Shown here piece after piece: positions 1 through 12,978 of a stretch of 64,000 nucleotides of DNA. The notes beneath the pieces were generated by a model that saw nothing but the letters and a program-made list of their open reading frames with translations, was not told the origin of the DNA and did not search any database. The DNA is from Candidatus Helarchaeota archaeon. Lineage in GTDB: Archaea > Asgardarchaeota > Lokiarchaeia > Helarchaeales > RDOG01. The first letter of the stretch is position 1. Each line of letters opens with the position of its first letter. A program made the position numbers and the translations under genes. The DNA is taken from positions 96,001 to 160,000 of the forward strand of contig JAHPZH010000002.1 of NCBI GenBank assembly GCA_019058315.1, written 5' to 3'.

Positions 1-7
1 TACTTTA

Positions 8-874
8 ATGATTGGAATTTTATTTGCATCTAATTTTAAACTCTCAAGTAGATTTGATTATTACGTTGATGAATACGGGAGAATGGGTGCAATTAATAAG
101 GATACCTTAACGTGGTATAAAGGCGGAATAATGACTCCAGAATTATTAGATGAATGGGGATTTCCAAAACCTCTTGAACCGAGCCGTTTAGAGCTTTATC
201 ATGAGGGTTTAGAATTAAATAAGGATAACAAAATTATGCTTATGGCTATGCCTGGGGGAATGTTCCAACCGATTGTTGAAGGAGTTGGCTATGAGAGATT
301 TTGTTACTATATTTATGACAAGCCATCATTTTTAAGGAAATTATTTGCACTTCAAACCAAATATCTCACAGAACTCAGTAAATATTGTATAGAAAATGGA
401 ACAGAATGTATTGCCTTTGCGGATGATTCATGTTATAAGAGTGGGCCAATGATAAGTCCAAAACTTTTTGAAAAATGGATTTTTCCAGGATATAAGAAAA
501 TTTGTAACGCTATACATAAAAGGGGTGGAAAAACATTACTTCATTCTGATGGCGATACCCATATGATAATAGATGGTTGGATAAAAGCAGGAATCGATGC
601 TATTCACCCATTTGAACCACCAATGTGGGATCTCAAGGAGGCTAAAGAAAATTGGGGGGATAAAATCTGTATATGTGGAAATGTAGACTGTGGAATAGCG
701 TTAGTTTATGGACCAAAACAAAGAATTATTGATGAGGTAAAAAGGTGTATAAATGCCGCTGCTGAAGGTGGAGGATACATGTTAAGTAGCTCTAATACAA
801 TTCATTATGGGGTGCCGATTAAAAATTATGAAATTATGGTCGAAACTGGTAGGAAATATGGGGTTTATCGCTAA
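8..874 (+). CDS. Uroporphyrinogen decarboxylase / MtaA-CmuA family protein (may start before the window)
   Basis: ADD..YKSGPMISP, LHSDG, IHPFEP, CGNVD, GGGYMLSSSNTIH motifs; the frame is open at the window edge. Confidence 0.85.
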   Translation: MIGILFASNFKLSSRFDYYVDEYGRMGAINKDTLTWYKGGIMTPELLDEWGFPKPLEPSRLELYHEGLELNKDNKIMLMAMPGGMFQPIVEGVGYERFCYYIYDKPSFLRKLFALQTKYLTELSKYCIENGTECIAFADDSCYKSGPMISPKLFEKWIFPGYKKICNAIHKRGGKTLLHSDGDTHMIIDGWIKAGIDAIHPFEPPMWDLKEAKENWGDKICICGNVDCGIALVYGPKQRIIDEVKRCINAAAEGGGYMLSSSNTIHYGVPIKNYEIMVETGRKYGVYR

Positions 875-907
875 TTTTTTTTAACATTAAATCTCAATAA
901 AAAATTG

Positions 908-1150
908 CTATAAAATTGATATTTCATTTTGTATTTCAACATCAGTAAGATAATAAGCTAAATTAGATTCAAAACATATTTTCTTCATAAATTTGATTAG
1001 TTCAAAAACATCCTCAAATTCAATAATAACTTTAGGATTTTCAAAAGCAAGATCTTCTTTTTTATATAACATTAATTTATTCCTTTCTACTTTAGGAATC
1101 AAAGTTATATTATCAACTTTAAAAATTAATGGTTCTTTCTTCAATTTCAT
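908..1150 (-). CDS. Hypothetical protein
   Basis: 80-aa ORF filling the gap; GGTGG upstream. Confidence 0.5.
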   Translation of the reverse strand: MKLKKEPLIFKVDNITLIPKVERNKLMLYKKEDLAFENPKVIIEFEDVFELIKFMKKICFESNLAYYLTDVEIQNEISIL

Positions 1151-1266
1151 TCATTTTTTTTAACAACTCTCCACCAAGACTATTAAAAAATTGAGTAATA
1201 TTAGAATAACATATAAAAGAATCATGCAATTTTGTAGTAATTAAATTACAAATTAAGAATTAATTA

Positions 1267-1725
1267 GTGTTTAATATGGGAAAAATTATAGAAGCTAAAT
1301 GTAATTGCGGCTTCGAGCAAGAAATATTCGTGGATAGAGGCAAGGTTCCAATGGCATTATGTATATATTGCAAAAATAGTTTTAGGATAGAAGCAGAACA
1401 AGCTATTGAGAAAAAGGTAATACCTTGTCCTGATTGTGGGAAGGATGTAGCTACCTCGATATGTTTTGCACCCGCATTATGTGAAAAATGTAAAAAAATT
1501 ATCATACTTAACTATGCACAAATGCCAGTAATTTGCCCTGATTGTGGAGGAAATGCAATATTCTATAATGAATCTTCTCTTCAGAAACCAAACAAGGCAG
1601 CAGGACCAGCTATTTCATGGGGAATGGATATAGAAGGTGATTTTAAACTTCCTCAAGCAGAATACAAATGTCCAAGCTGTGGACAAATGTCTTTACAATT
1701 TAAACATGAAGGTTTTTGGGATTAA
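1267..1725 (+). CDS. Multi zinc-ribbon protein
   Basis: One CxC and five CxxC pairs (CIYC, CPDC, CEKC, CPDC, CPSC). Confidence 0.75.
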   Translation: MFNMGKIIEAKCNCGFEQEIFVDRGKVPMALCIYCKNSFRIEAEQAIEKKVIPCPDCGKDVATSICFAPALCEKCKKIIILNYAQMPVICPDCGGNAIFYNESSLQKPNKAAGPAISWGMDIEGDFKLPQAEYKCPSCGQMSLQFKHEGFWD

Positions 1726-1795
1726 AATACAATTATCAAATAATTAACATTAATAATATTTCAAAGAGAATGATAAAGAAAGGCAGATGAATTAG

Positions 1796-2635
1796 ATGAT
1801 TATATGTGATATTTGCAATGGACCGATACAAGATAAAAAACATTATATCTGTGAACATTGCGATAAAGGATTTCATTTTAAATGCGTCAAGAAGAAGAAA
1901 TACTTATTTAGAGAAGATCACGACACAAGACAGTGTAGATATTGTCATAATCCCATGATTGATATGGAAGAAGAAGAAAAATACGAGAAAAAAATGGAAA
2001 AACAACTTCAAGATGAAGAAGAAAGAAAGGTAATAGAAGAAGAAAAAGCATTAGCTATGCTGGATCGTAAAACACAACGAAAAATGCTCACCGGTGTAAG
2101 AGAATCTGTAAAAAAGAAAATGAAGGGATTAAAAAGTGGGTTTGATGCAATCCTTAATATTGAAGATTATAAAGATGATTGGACTCTCATTCATGGAAGG
2201 ATCCCTATATTAGATGATGATTTTCTATTTTTTCATCGAATTAATGAAGCTTTAAATCAGCATCCAAATTTCTTGCATTTTCAAATTAGACATTACTTAG
2301 AATCAATAGATTACATTATAGAAGATGAAGCGGTTCCATTACCACTAGAATTTGATATAGAAGGTGGAAAGATTAAAATTTTCAATTATTCAGGTTATTT
2401 AAGTGCCATTATTGAATGTAAAGGAATAAAACTTAAAGGGGCTACAAACATCTATGTAAAAGAAGAAGGCATATGTTACTATAGTAAAGATTTCGAACCC
2501 CCTTTTGTGAAAGGAAATATTCACTTTTCATTTGCTGGTTCTGTTCAAAATATGAATAAAGAAGAATTAAAATCAGATATTGAGAAATTAAATCAAAAAA
2601 TAATTGAATTTTTAAAAACTGATGTTCCCTATTAA
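1796..2635 (+). CDS. PHD/RING-like zinc finger + acidic coil + C-terminal HPNFLH domain
   Basis: CDIC..CEHC..FHFKC..CRYC (C4HC3 pattern); C-terminal domain resembles that of 21825-22637. Confidence 0.75.
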   Translation: MIICDICNGPIQDKKHYICEHCDKGFHFKCVKKKKYLFREDHDTRQCRYCHNPMIDMEEEEKYEKKMEKQLQDEEERKVIEEEKALAMLDRKTQRKMLTGVRESVKKKMKGLKSGFDAILNIEDYKDDWTLIHGRIPILDDDFLFFHRINEALNQHPNFLHFQIRHYLESIDYIIEDEAVPLPLEFDIEGGKIKIFNYSGYLSAIIECKGIKLKGATNIYVKEEGICYYSKDFEPPFVKGNIHFSFAGSVQNMNKEELKSDIEKLNQKIIEFLKTDVPY

Positions 2636-2676
2636 AATAAGACATTTAGATTTGAATATTTTAAGGATGTAATTAA

Positions 2677-2973
2677 TTGAGTCATTCCTATGAATTTTGG
2701 CAAGAATTTTTAGATTTTTTTATAATCAAGGATGCAGTAGTAATGATTTGTGAACATAATAAGTTGAAAACTGTAGGAACTAAAGAGGAGTTGATAATGC
2801 GTTTATTAGACTCAATTAGTGGAGAAATTACAGTGTATAAAATAGCAAATTTATTTCCAAAAGAAGATATGAAAATATTTTCTGAAGAGAAAGAGGGGAG
2901 AGTTTCTGGAACTAGGGCTGAAATCTTACAAAGTGTTATTAATATTTTTAAAACAAACAAAGGAATGAAATAA
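2677..2973 (+). CDS. Tandem SAP-like domain protein
   Basis: ICEHNKLKTVGTKEELIMRLL and FSEEKEGRVSGTRAEILQSV match the SAP pattern xLxxxGLxxxGxKxeLixRL. Confidence 0.55.
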   Translation: MSHSYEFWQEFLDFFIIKDAVVMICEHNKLKTVGTKEELIMRLLDSISGEITVYKIANLFPKEDMKIFSEEKEGRVSGTRAEILQSVINIFKTNKGMK

Positions 2974-2980
2974 TTTTAAG

Positions 2981-3487
2981 CTATTTGGAAAACCTTTTCT
3001 TTAACTCTTGTTTAAGATCCTTAATACTCGCTACAATTGTTCCCTTTGTTAAATAAATAAACTGTTCCACTTGAATATTAATGATTCCGCCAATATTTTC
3101 TGGACTTAATCTAAAATCACCTCGATATCCTAGTATAGGTCTTCGATTATTATGTTTACCACAAAAATAACCAATTTCTGCAGCAGTACCACTATCTACA
3201 TCTGAACCATCTAGAACAGCTATTAAACCATCGGCTTCATTAAGAAAATTTACATTATTCATACCTATTTCAAAATTAATTGACTGCCATGTCTTTTTGG
3301 CTACACTTACTTTTAAGCTATTTTCTTTATTTTTAAGTTCTTCTATTTTGTCTTTAGGGGAATGTTCCCAGGGATCCATTATTTCACATCCTATATCCCT
3401 CAATTCAGGTAGAAATTCTTGATAATAGAAGAATCTTCCCGCTTCTGAAAAGCCCAAAGGACTTGCTATATAGATTTTTGGAGGCAT
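2981..3487 (-). CDS. Nucleoside 2-deoxyribosyltransferase family
   Basis: IYIASPLGF, LDGSDVDSGTAAEIGY, GYRGDFR; likely start is the ATG at 3487 because the longer ORF overlaps the next gene. Confidence 0.85.
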   Translation of the reverse strand: MPPKIYIASPLGFSEAGRFFYYQEFLPELRDIGCEIMDPWEHSPKDKIEELKNKENSLKVSVAKKTWQSINFEIGMNNVNFLNEADGLIAVLDGSDVDSGTAAEIGYFCGKHNNRRPILGYRGDFRLSPENIGGIINIQVEQFIYLTKGTIVASIKDLKQELKKRFSK

Positions 3488-3564
3488 AGTTTTGATTAGA
3501 ACGTAGAAACTTAAATATATTTCTGGATTAATGTTAGCTAGAAAAGGAAATAGAGATAATAGAA

Positions 3565-4527
3565 ATGGTAGATTATTTCGATGTTTTAAAAGCGTACAAA
3601 AGAATTCGAGATGTGGTAAATGAAACACCTGTTATGACCTCAAGAACGTTGGATAAATTGACTAATGCGGAAGTATATTTGAAATGTGAGAACTTTCAAA
3701 GGATCGGGGCTTTCAAAATGCGTGGGGCGTACAATACAATTTCAAAATTAAATGATGAGCAAAAAGCAAATGGAGTTATTGCTCATTCTAGTGGAAATCA
3801 TGCTCAAGCTGTTGCTTTATCTGCAAAATTACTAGGAATTAAAGCGACAATTGTAATGCCTATCACTTCTCCCAAGGTGAAAGTTGAGGCCACCAGAGAT
3901 ACGTATGGTGCGGAAGTTGTTATGTGCGAAAATACTATTGACGCTAGACATAAAAAAACGGAAGAATTGATAAAAAAATATGGATATACATTAATTCATC
4001 CATACGATAACGATGATATAATTGCAGGGGCGGGAACAGCAGCATATGAGCTTTTGAATAAAGTTGGAAATTTAGATATGGTATTTGCACCTGTTGGTGG
4101 TGGAGGGTTACTAAGTGGAACATTATTAGCTGTTAAAGGAGATAACCCTGAAATTGAAGTATATGCCGTTGAACCTAAAAATGTTGATGATGCATATAGA
4201 TCTCTCATATCTGGAAAAATCGAAAAAAATATCACAATAAATTCTATTGCAGATGGATTATTAACAAATCTAAGTGAAAGAACGTTTAAAATCATACAAG
4301 AGAACGTTGATAAGATAATTACTGTATCTGAAGAAGAAATTGTAAATGCAATGCAGTTTCTATGGGAACGGATGAAACTTGTTGTAGAACCATCTGGAGC
4401 ATGTTCCCTTGCGGGAGTTCTGTCAAAACAAATTCCTGTTGAAAATAAGAAAATTGGGGTTATAATTAGTGGAGGAAATATTGATCTAAAAGATTTTTTT
4501 AATCTTATTCGAAAAAAAATTAAATAA
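3565..4527 (+). CDS. PLP-dependent serine/threonine dehydratase (serine racemase-like)
   Basis: KCENFQRIGAFKMRGA, SSGNHAQA, PVGGGGL, SGGN. Confidence 0.92.
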   Translation: MVDYFDVLKAYKRIRDVVNETPVMTSRTLDKLTNAEVYLKCENFQRIGAFKMRGAYNTISKLNDEQKANGVIAHSSGNHAQAVALSAKLLGIKATIVMPITSPKVKVEATRDTYGAEVVMCENTIDARHKKTEELIKKYGYTLIHPYDNDDIIAGAGTAAYELLNKVGNLDMVFAPVGGGGLLSGTLLAVKGDNPEIEVYAVEPKNVDDAYRSLISGKIEKNITINSIADGLLTNLSERTFKIIQENVDKIITVSEEEIVNAMQFLWERMKLVVEPSGACSLAGVLSKQIPVENKKIGVIISGGNIDLKDFFNLIRKKIK

Positions 4528-4537
4528 TAATATCGAT

Positions 4538-4711
4538 TTAAGTTTTTGGTCTTTTTATTTTAATTGAACAATCATCAGTAGCACACCCAGTACCAAATTT
4601 AGTCCCAAATTTTTCTTTCTGACATTTAGGACATATATATTTTCCGTGATATTCCCCATCTCCTTCAAAAATAAAGGATGTTTTAGTGCTACAAAAAATA
4701 CATTTTTCCAT
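4538..4711 (-). CDS. 57-aa Cys-rich zinc-finger microprotein (not in ORF track)
   Basis: Manual translation MEKCIFCSTKTSFIFEGDGEYHGKYICPKCQKEKFGTKFGTGCATDDCSIKIKRPKT. Confidence 0.7.
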   Translation of the reverse strand: MEKCIFCSTKTSFIFEGDGEYHGKYICPKCQKEKFGTKFGTGCATDDCSIKIKRPKT

Positions 4712-4769
4712 ATTTTATTAAAAAGTAAATAAATTATATAACTCATATTATTCAAAAAGGTGAATTTTT

Positions 4770-5273
4770 ATGAGTGATAAAATTAATATTAAGCTTGAAA
4801 AGAGTAATACTATGCGTGCTGCATTCTTTTATGAATTTTCTAAAGCTCCTGAAGAAGATTCTTGGAAGAAGGCATATGTTTGGGCAGAAAAAAAGGGACT
4901 ACTTAAGAAATATAAAGAAACAAGGATTTTTGGAAAGAATATTTACCCAACAGAAAATCCAGAACCCCATGGTTATGGTTTTTATGTAACCATTACTCCG
5001 GATATTAAGTTTGAGAGTAATATAATAGTTCGTTTGATACCAGGAGGGCTTTATGCAGTAGTTAGATGTGAGGGATTTGAGCAAATGGGATTAGCTTGGC
5101 CTATGTTGTGGGATTGGGTTAAAAATAGTGAATATGAATATATAGGCGAAACCAAGGAAGAATATGGCTATGAATTAGGTCTTGAAGAACACATTAATTG
5201 GTATGCTACACTAGTAGAAAAAAGTGAAAATAATTATATTTTTAATCTTATGATTCAATTGTGGGAAAAATAA
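4770..5273 (+). CDS. GyrI-like effector-binding domain protein
   Basis: IPGGLYAVVRC, AWPMLWDWVKNSEYE, GLEEH; AGGTGA upstream. Confidence 0.8.
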   Translation: MSDKINIKLEKSNTMRAAFFYEFSKAPEEDSWKKAYVWAEKKGLLKKYKETRIFGKNIYPTENPEPHGYGFYVTITPDIKFESNIIVRLIPGGLYAVVRCEGFEQMGLAWPMLWDWVKNSEYEYIGETKEEYGYELGLEEHINWYATLVEKSENNYIFNLMIQLWEK

Positions 5274-5332
5274 AAAATATGAAGCATCATTTATGAAAAA
5301 TTAAAAGACTTACTGAATTTATTGGTGTTAGG

Positions 5333-6415
5333 ATGTATTTTGGTCCAATCCCTCTATTGATGATATTTCTTGGATACATTTCCGTAGTTCCAGTATTTAT
5401 TGGGAGTTTAATAAGTTTTTACCAATTTTTTAAGACAAATGAACGCTTTATTATCTTTCAAGGGGTGGGCTATTTATTTTGGGCGTTGTTTTTATTATTC
5501 ACGGCATATTCCTTTCAAATTAAATTAAGTTCTTCATTACAAACAGCATTCAGCTTATTAGTTGTAGCAGAATATTGTGCGATTCTATTTGTAGACTCGA
5601 TTTCACGTGAATCCTTTGATATAAGAAAATTTGTTGTTCTCACTTTTGTCTCAGGTGTTTTTTTAGTATCAATTTTTTCATCTAATTCGATGATATTTGT
5701 TACTTCGGGATATGGTGAGGATTTTCTTGATGTTAGCGAACTGGCATTTTTAAGCTTCTTTTTTCTGTTAATGATAGGAACATGTATTTTATTCTATTTT
5801 TCTGTGATGCTGGTTAGAAAGGCTCCTAAAAATCTAAGATTTCATATTTTTATTGCATTTATTGGAAATTTAATAGGTGTAGTTTTAGCCTCGATCAGTT
5901 TAGGGCTTGGTTTTGATAAAATATTTCCTGGTATATCATTTCTTCTTGTTGGTTTTGGGCAATTAATAGTAGCAATTGTATTTGCTGCTCAACCAAAACT
6001 ATCTTATGTTCTACCTTTCAAAGCTTCAAGCCTAACTATTGTTGAAACTACTGGTGGTATTCCAATTTTTTCTTATAAATGGGTTAAAAAAGAGGAAATG
6101 GATGAAGGACTATTTTCTGGAATAATTCATGCGATAACTCAAATTTTAAATGAATCCGTTAAAGCAGGAAATATTAATGAAATTTCTTTGGATGAGGCTA
6201 TTCTAATTGTAAGGAGAAGTAGAAAATATCCAATAGCTTGTATACTAGTTTCAACAAAATCTTCAAAATCTCTCCGTCAAGCACTGAACTCGTTCGCCGA
6301 ACGGTTCTTCAAGGATTTTGCACCTAATTTTGCAAACCCAAATGAAATGGAGCAATTTTCTCCTGCTACTAAATTGGTCGCAGAATATTTTCCATTCGTT
6401 CCTGAATATGATTAG
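5333..6415 (+). CDS. Polytopic membrane protein with C-terminal longin/roadblock-like domain
   Basis: About 7 hydrophobic helices, then GGIPIFSYKW..DEGLFSGIIHAI..INEISL..SLRQALNSFAERF. Confidence 0.75.
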   Translation: MYFGPIPLLMIFLGYISVVPVFIGSLISFYQFFKTNERFIIFQGVGYLFWALFLLFTAYSFQIKLSSSLQTAFSLLVVAEYCAILFVDSISRESFDIRKFVVLTFVSGVFLVSIFSSNSMIFVTSGYGEDFLDVSELAFLSFFFLLMIGTCILFYFSVMLVRKAPKNLRFHIFIAFIGNLIGVVLASISLGLGFDKIFPGISFLLVGFGQLIVAIVFAAQPKLSYVLPFKASSLTIVETTGGIPIFSYKWVKKEEMDEGLFSGIIHAITQILNESVKAGNINEISLDEAILIVRRSRKYPIACILVSTKSSKSLRQALNSFAERFFKDFAPNFANPNEMEQFSPATKLVAEYFPFVPEYD

Positions 6416-6476
6416 AAAATATAAGTATAATTTAATATTTAATTGTTTTAATTGGAATGTACTAATCTAATAGGAG

Positions 6477-6803
6477 TTGAAAAAATTAGCTGATATAATC
6501 TTTAAAGGGATATTAAATGGAATTGTAGTTTCATCTGTTACACAATTAATAGGACATCCTGGTGTGAATTTAATTTTTAGAATGAGATTAAATGATGTAA
6601 TTGAAGGTATACCCGAAGAAATTGCAGTAAGTTTCTCTTCATCTAGACACTATTATGAACTTTTAAGTTTAGGTATAGAAAAAAACGATATAGTACAAGT
6701 TAGTGGAAAAATAAGAAAATCTCATAGTTCATTTTGGAATATAGATTCCGTGATTATGATAGCTGAGCACGTATTAAACGAAACAAAAAAAATTGGATAT
6801 TAA
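6477..6803 (+). CDS. Small OB-fold-like protein
   Basis: LGIEKNDIVQVSGKI motif typical of OB folds. Confidence 0.55.
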   Translation: MKKLADIIFKGILNGIVVSSVTQLIGHPGVNLIFRMRLNDVIEGIPEEIAVSFSSSRHYYELLSLGIEKNDIVQVSGKIRKSHSSFWNIDSVIMIAEHVLNETKKIGY

Positions 6804-6836
6804 AACTTGGGATTCTTCAAATTTCATCTTTATTTC

Positions 6837-7379
6837 CTAGTGTATAGCTAGTATAGCTAAAATTAAATAAATTAAAGTAGGATCCAAAATAGGAGAACTC
6901 ACTAATAATACTAAAAATACTTGAATAACAAAAGAGATTATACAACAAAAAATTAGTCTATAATTTATCCTGAAAATTCTAATTTTAGCGTTTATGTTTA
7001 TTTCGAATTTTTTTAATATTGATAAGCCAATTTCATTAAAATCTCTTATCTTGTTTGCAATACTATCTTTATCTGTTAATATAAATTTCTCAACATTATA
7101 TGATTCGTATTGTTTTAAACCAATTGAATACAAACCAATAATTATAGGGATAAGAAAACAAAATAGATTAATTATAATCGAAAAAAATAAAATTTCACTG
7201 ATCTCATATCGATTTAAAAAAAAACTAACGATAAATGTGGCAGCAGTTAAAAAAATTCCCGCAAAATTAATTATACTTACGTTCTTATTCTCTATGTTTT
7301 GGTCTCGAGTTCGTTCATAATCGTTAACAATCTTAATTAACTCGGAATAAAATTGATCTTTTTGAATTTCTTCTGCCAT
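6837..7379 (-). CDS. Membrane protein (3-4 TM)
   Basis: Hydrophobic segments; very AT-rich. Confidence 0.6.
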   Translation of the reverse strand: MAEEIQKDQFYSELIKIVNDYERTRDQNIENKNVSIINFAGIFLTAATFIVSFFLNRYEISEILFFSIIINLFCFLIPIIIGLYSIGLKQYESYNVEKFILTDKDSIANKIRDFNEIGLSILKKFEININAKIRIFRINYRLIFCCIISFVIQVFLVLLVSSPILDPTLIYLILAILAIH

Positions 7380-7551
7380 ATTTTAATTCCTAACTTTTTC
7401 ATTTTTAAATTATAGGATTTACATATTCTTTAGAAAAATTCGAAAAATGGAATAGATATTAATCTAGTAGATGTGAGAGTTGGATTACAAATTTTTTTTT
7501 GAAAATTAGATTGTTTAAAAAAAAGAAAATAAAAAATATAAATTATTTTTG

Positions 7552-7612
7552 GACTCAGATTCCGCCCATATCATCAAATGCTAATCAGCAGTAAGATTTT
7601 ATCATCATTGTC
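7552..7612 (-). ncRNA. Box C/D sRNA (with structured 5' extension to about 7690)
   Basis: Minus strand GAC-A-ATGATGA(C)-TAAAATCTTACTG-CTGA(D')-TTAGCAT-TTGATGA(C')-TATGGGCGGAAT-CTGA(D)-GTC, followed by a T-rich tract. Confidence 0.8.
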
Positions 7613-7810
7613 ACAGAATTTCGTGATAAAATCCGGCGACAATGCCTGGTAATTTCAAAAGATAAATCGATACTGCTATTAACATTTTAATCACGTAAAT
7701 AAATTATTTTTAAAATATCTATAGTAATTCATAAGCTCATAATTTTAATACTTTTGCTTTCCCAATTAAATTCCTCAGAAAAGAGATATAAAAAAAAATA
7801 AGAATAGATT

Positions 7811-8017
7811 TTATTTCGGAGGTTTAGCATCTGGACGTGCTTCTGTTGCAGGTTTTCCTTCAATTCCCCAGTGTGCTTTTGGTATTTCGTTAATAATAAC
7901 TTCTACAGCATATTTAGGAATGCCAAGATTTACAAAGACATCAGTTATTCCCGCAATCACTTTTTTTATATTTTCTTCTGAAAAACCTTTCCATACATAA
8001 ATTTGAGCTAAAGGCAT
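7811..8017 (-). CDS. 4-oxalocrotonate tautomerase family
   Basis: M-Pro1 start (MPLAQI), VEVIINEIPKAHWGIEG. Confidence 0.88.
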   Translation of the reverse strand: MPLAQIYVWKGFSEENIKKVIAGITDVFVNLGIPKYAVEVIINEIPKAHWGIEGKPATEARPDAKPPK

Positions 8018-8091
8018 TGATTCCACCTTTTTAGATTAGATCATTAATTAAATTATGGGTTTTTAAATAAAAATTTGATATGACTCAATTA

Positions 8092-8115
8092 TCTCCTCAT
8101 TTGCTTTCTAGGTTA
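8092..8115. repeat. Direct-repeat copy of the 23S rRNA 3' trailer
   Basis: TCTCCTCATTTGCTTTCTAGGTTA matches 9465-9488 (TCTCCTCATTTGCTGTCTAGGTTA) at 23/24 positions. Confidence 0.85.
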
Positions 8116-8138
8116 GTATAAATCGAAGCGAGTTAAAC

Positions 8139-9275
8139 TTAACGAATAATATTTCTGCAATATTCACAATTGACAGATTCTCCCTTTTTTAACTTTTCAA
8201 CTTGATGCAAAGTAACTGGGGCATGACAATAAGGGCAATTCCACATCTTTCGTTTTCTTAAAACTCTTTTACCTTTTGGCTTTGGTTTTGGTTTTATATC
8301 TGGAGTTTTAAGAGAAATTATTAGAATCGCAATTATTAAAATACCAACAAGTACAGAAGCAATAATTAATGATACTATTGTTAGTGATAAACCCCTAGGA
8401 CTAATTAGTGAAGGGTTTAATGCTATAATACTAATTAATATATCTATACGAAATGGGGATACCTGATTATTTGCTAGCCAAATCCAACAATTTTCAGAAA
8501 ACTGGCGATTATGACCAGAATATACTTGCGAATCACCAATCATTCCTTCCCCAAAAACATTCCATAATAATCTTCCTTTTCCTTTTTGTAAATAGACTAC
8601 TTCACCATTTCCACTATTTGAAATTACAACTGTAAGTTCATTAGTTGAACTTGAAAGATCTATTGTAGATAATGATGGATAAACCCAACTGGTATGGGTG
8701 ACATCAACCATGAGTGGGGAATCCCAATCAATACCTGACCAACCACTTGGTGGAGGGCCATAGAATACATTAAATTTATTTGATACGGAAACTTGAGAAG
8801 CATCTTTATTATCTCCTAATATATATATGGATCTACCACTTCTAACCCAATTATCAAGTGCTGTTAATTCACTAGCACTCCAACTAGAGCCCCCGTCTCC
8901 AATAACAACTATAGTATAAGTACTCAATGATTCTGTGGTAATTGTTGCCGTAATGTCCTCTACTGTTGCACCAAAAAATTTTGCTTGGTTAAGTATATAG
9001 CTATATTGCAAATACAAATTTGATTCACCATGAGTCATTATACAACCTATTTTTTCTCCGTCCATTTGAGATTGATGAATATAAAAATCATTAAGGTTAG
9101 CTAAATTGGCATTTAATACAGCAAAATGATTCGTATTTATTAATTGCATGCAACTACATGTTATTAAACTGAGAACTAATACTATACTAATCTTAATTTT
9201 TAATTTCAGACCACATTTCGTTTTGATTAGCCTCCTTTTATTTAAATAGCCTCCTACTATTAAATATCCAATCAA
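8139..9275 (-). CDS. Membrane-anchored surface protein: GATase-I-like (DUF4350-like) domain, TM helix, cytoplasmic zinc ribbon
   Basis: N-terminal hydrophobic segment, ELTALDNWVRSGRSIYILGD, TM helix, CPYC..CEYC. Confidence 0.65.
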   Translation of the reverse strand: MIGYLIVGGYLNKRRLIKTKCGLKLKIKISIVLVLSLITCSCMQLINTNHFAVLNANLANLNDFYIHQSQMDGEKIGCIMTHGESNLYLQYSYILNQAKFFGATVEDITATITTESLSTYTIVVIGDGGSSWSASELTALDNWVRSGRSIYILGDNKDASQVSVSNKFNVFYGPPPSGWSGIDWDSPLMVDVTHTSWVYPSLSTIDLSSSTNELTVVISNSGNGEVVYLQKGKGRLLWNVFGEGMIGDSQVYSGHNRQFSENCWIWLANNQVSPFRIDILISIIALNPSLISPRGLSLTIVSLIIASVLVGILIIAILIISLKTPDIKPKPKPKGKRVLRKRKMWNCPYCHAPVTLHQVEKLKKGESVNCEYCRNIIR

Positions 9276-9493
9276 TTATTGTTATAAAATTTGATAGATC
9301 AAATTTCATTTAAGATTATATACTATTAGAATTTCTGAATTAAATATTTAAGTATCTGAAAAAAAAATTAGAAAAATTTCGGTTAAATCATCTGAAAAAT
9401 CAATTTTAACTATTGGATTGCTAAAAAAATAAAAATCAAATTATATCATACAACGTCTCACTCTTCTCCTCATTTGCTGTCTAGGTTACTTTC

Positions 9494-12655
<3,162 letters not shown>

Positions 12656-12965
12656 TACTCGTAATTACCCTATATCGATTACACTCGACAAGTATTTTCC
12701 CTGCCAATTTCTGGCTCGAAATTGTATTTCGCCCAGCAAATGAAAGTAAGATGTTCTATGATATAATCCGCACTGGCTGGCGTTCTTCCCATCATCGTAC
12801 ATCCATCCCGGCCGCGTCGGCTCAAAATGTACTAGGTATGTGGGCATTACCACAGCACAGCCACACAAATTGCAATCCAATGCATTTAAACCGAGATAAA
12901 GTCAACTATATCTCGTATTAATAGATACTTATCGCATGAGACAACGGTTTCTTAAACTCAGAGGC

Positions 12966-12978
12966 GATATAAATTAAA
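12966..12978 (-). promoter_or_regulatory. Putative TATA box of the 23S precursor
   Basis: TTTATAT on the minus strand just upstream of the GC-richer structured leader. Confidence 0.35.

Noticed and set aside
4555-4755. 66-aa ORF
   Set aside because: The overlapping frame 4538-4711 has a convincing zinc-finger pattern
6837-7379. Pycsar-type defence effector
   Set aside because: Only generic TM similarity and no cyclase nearby
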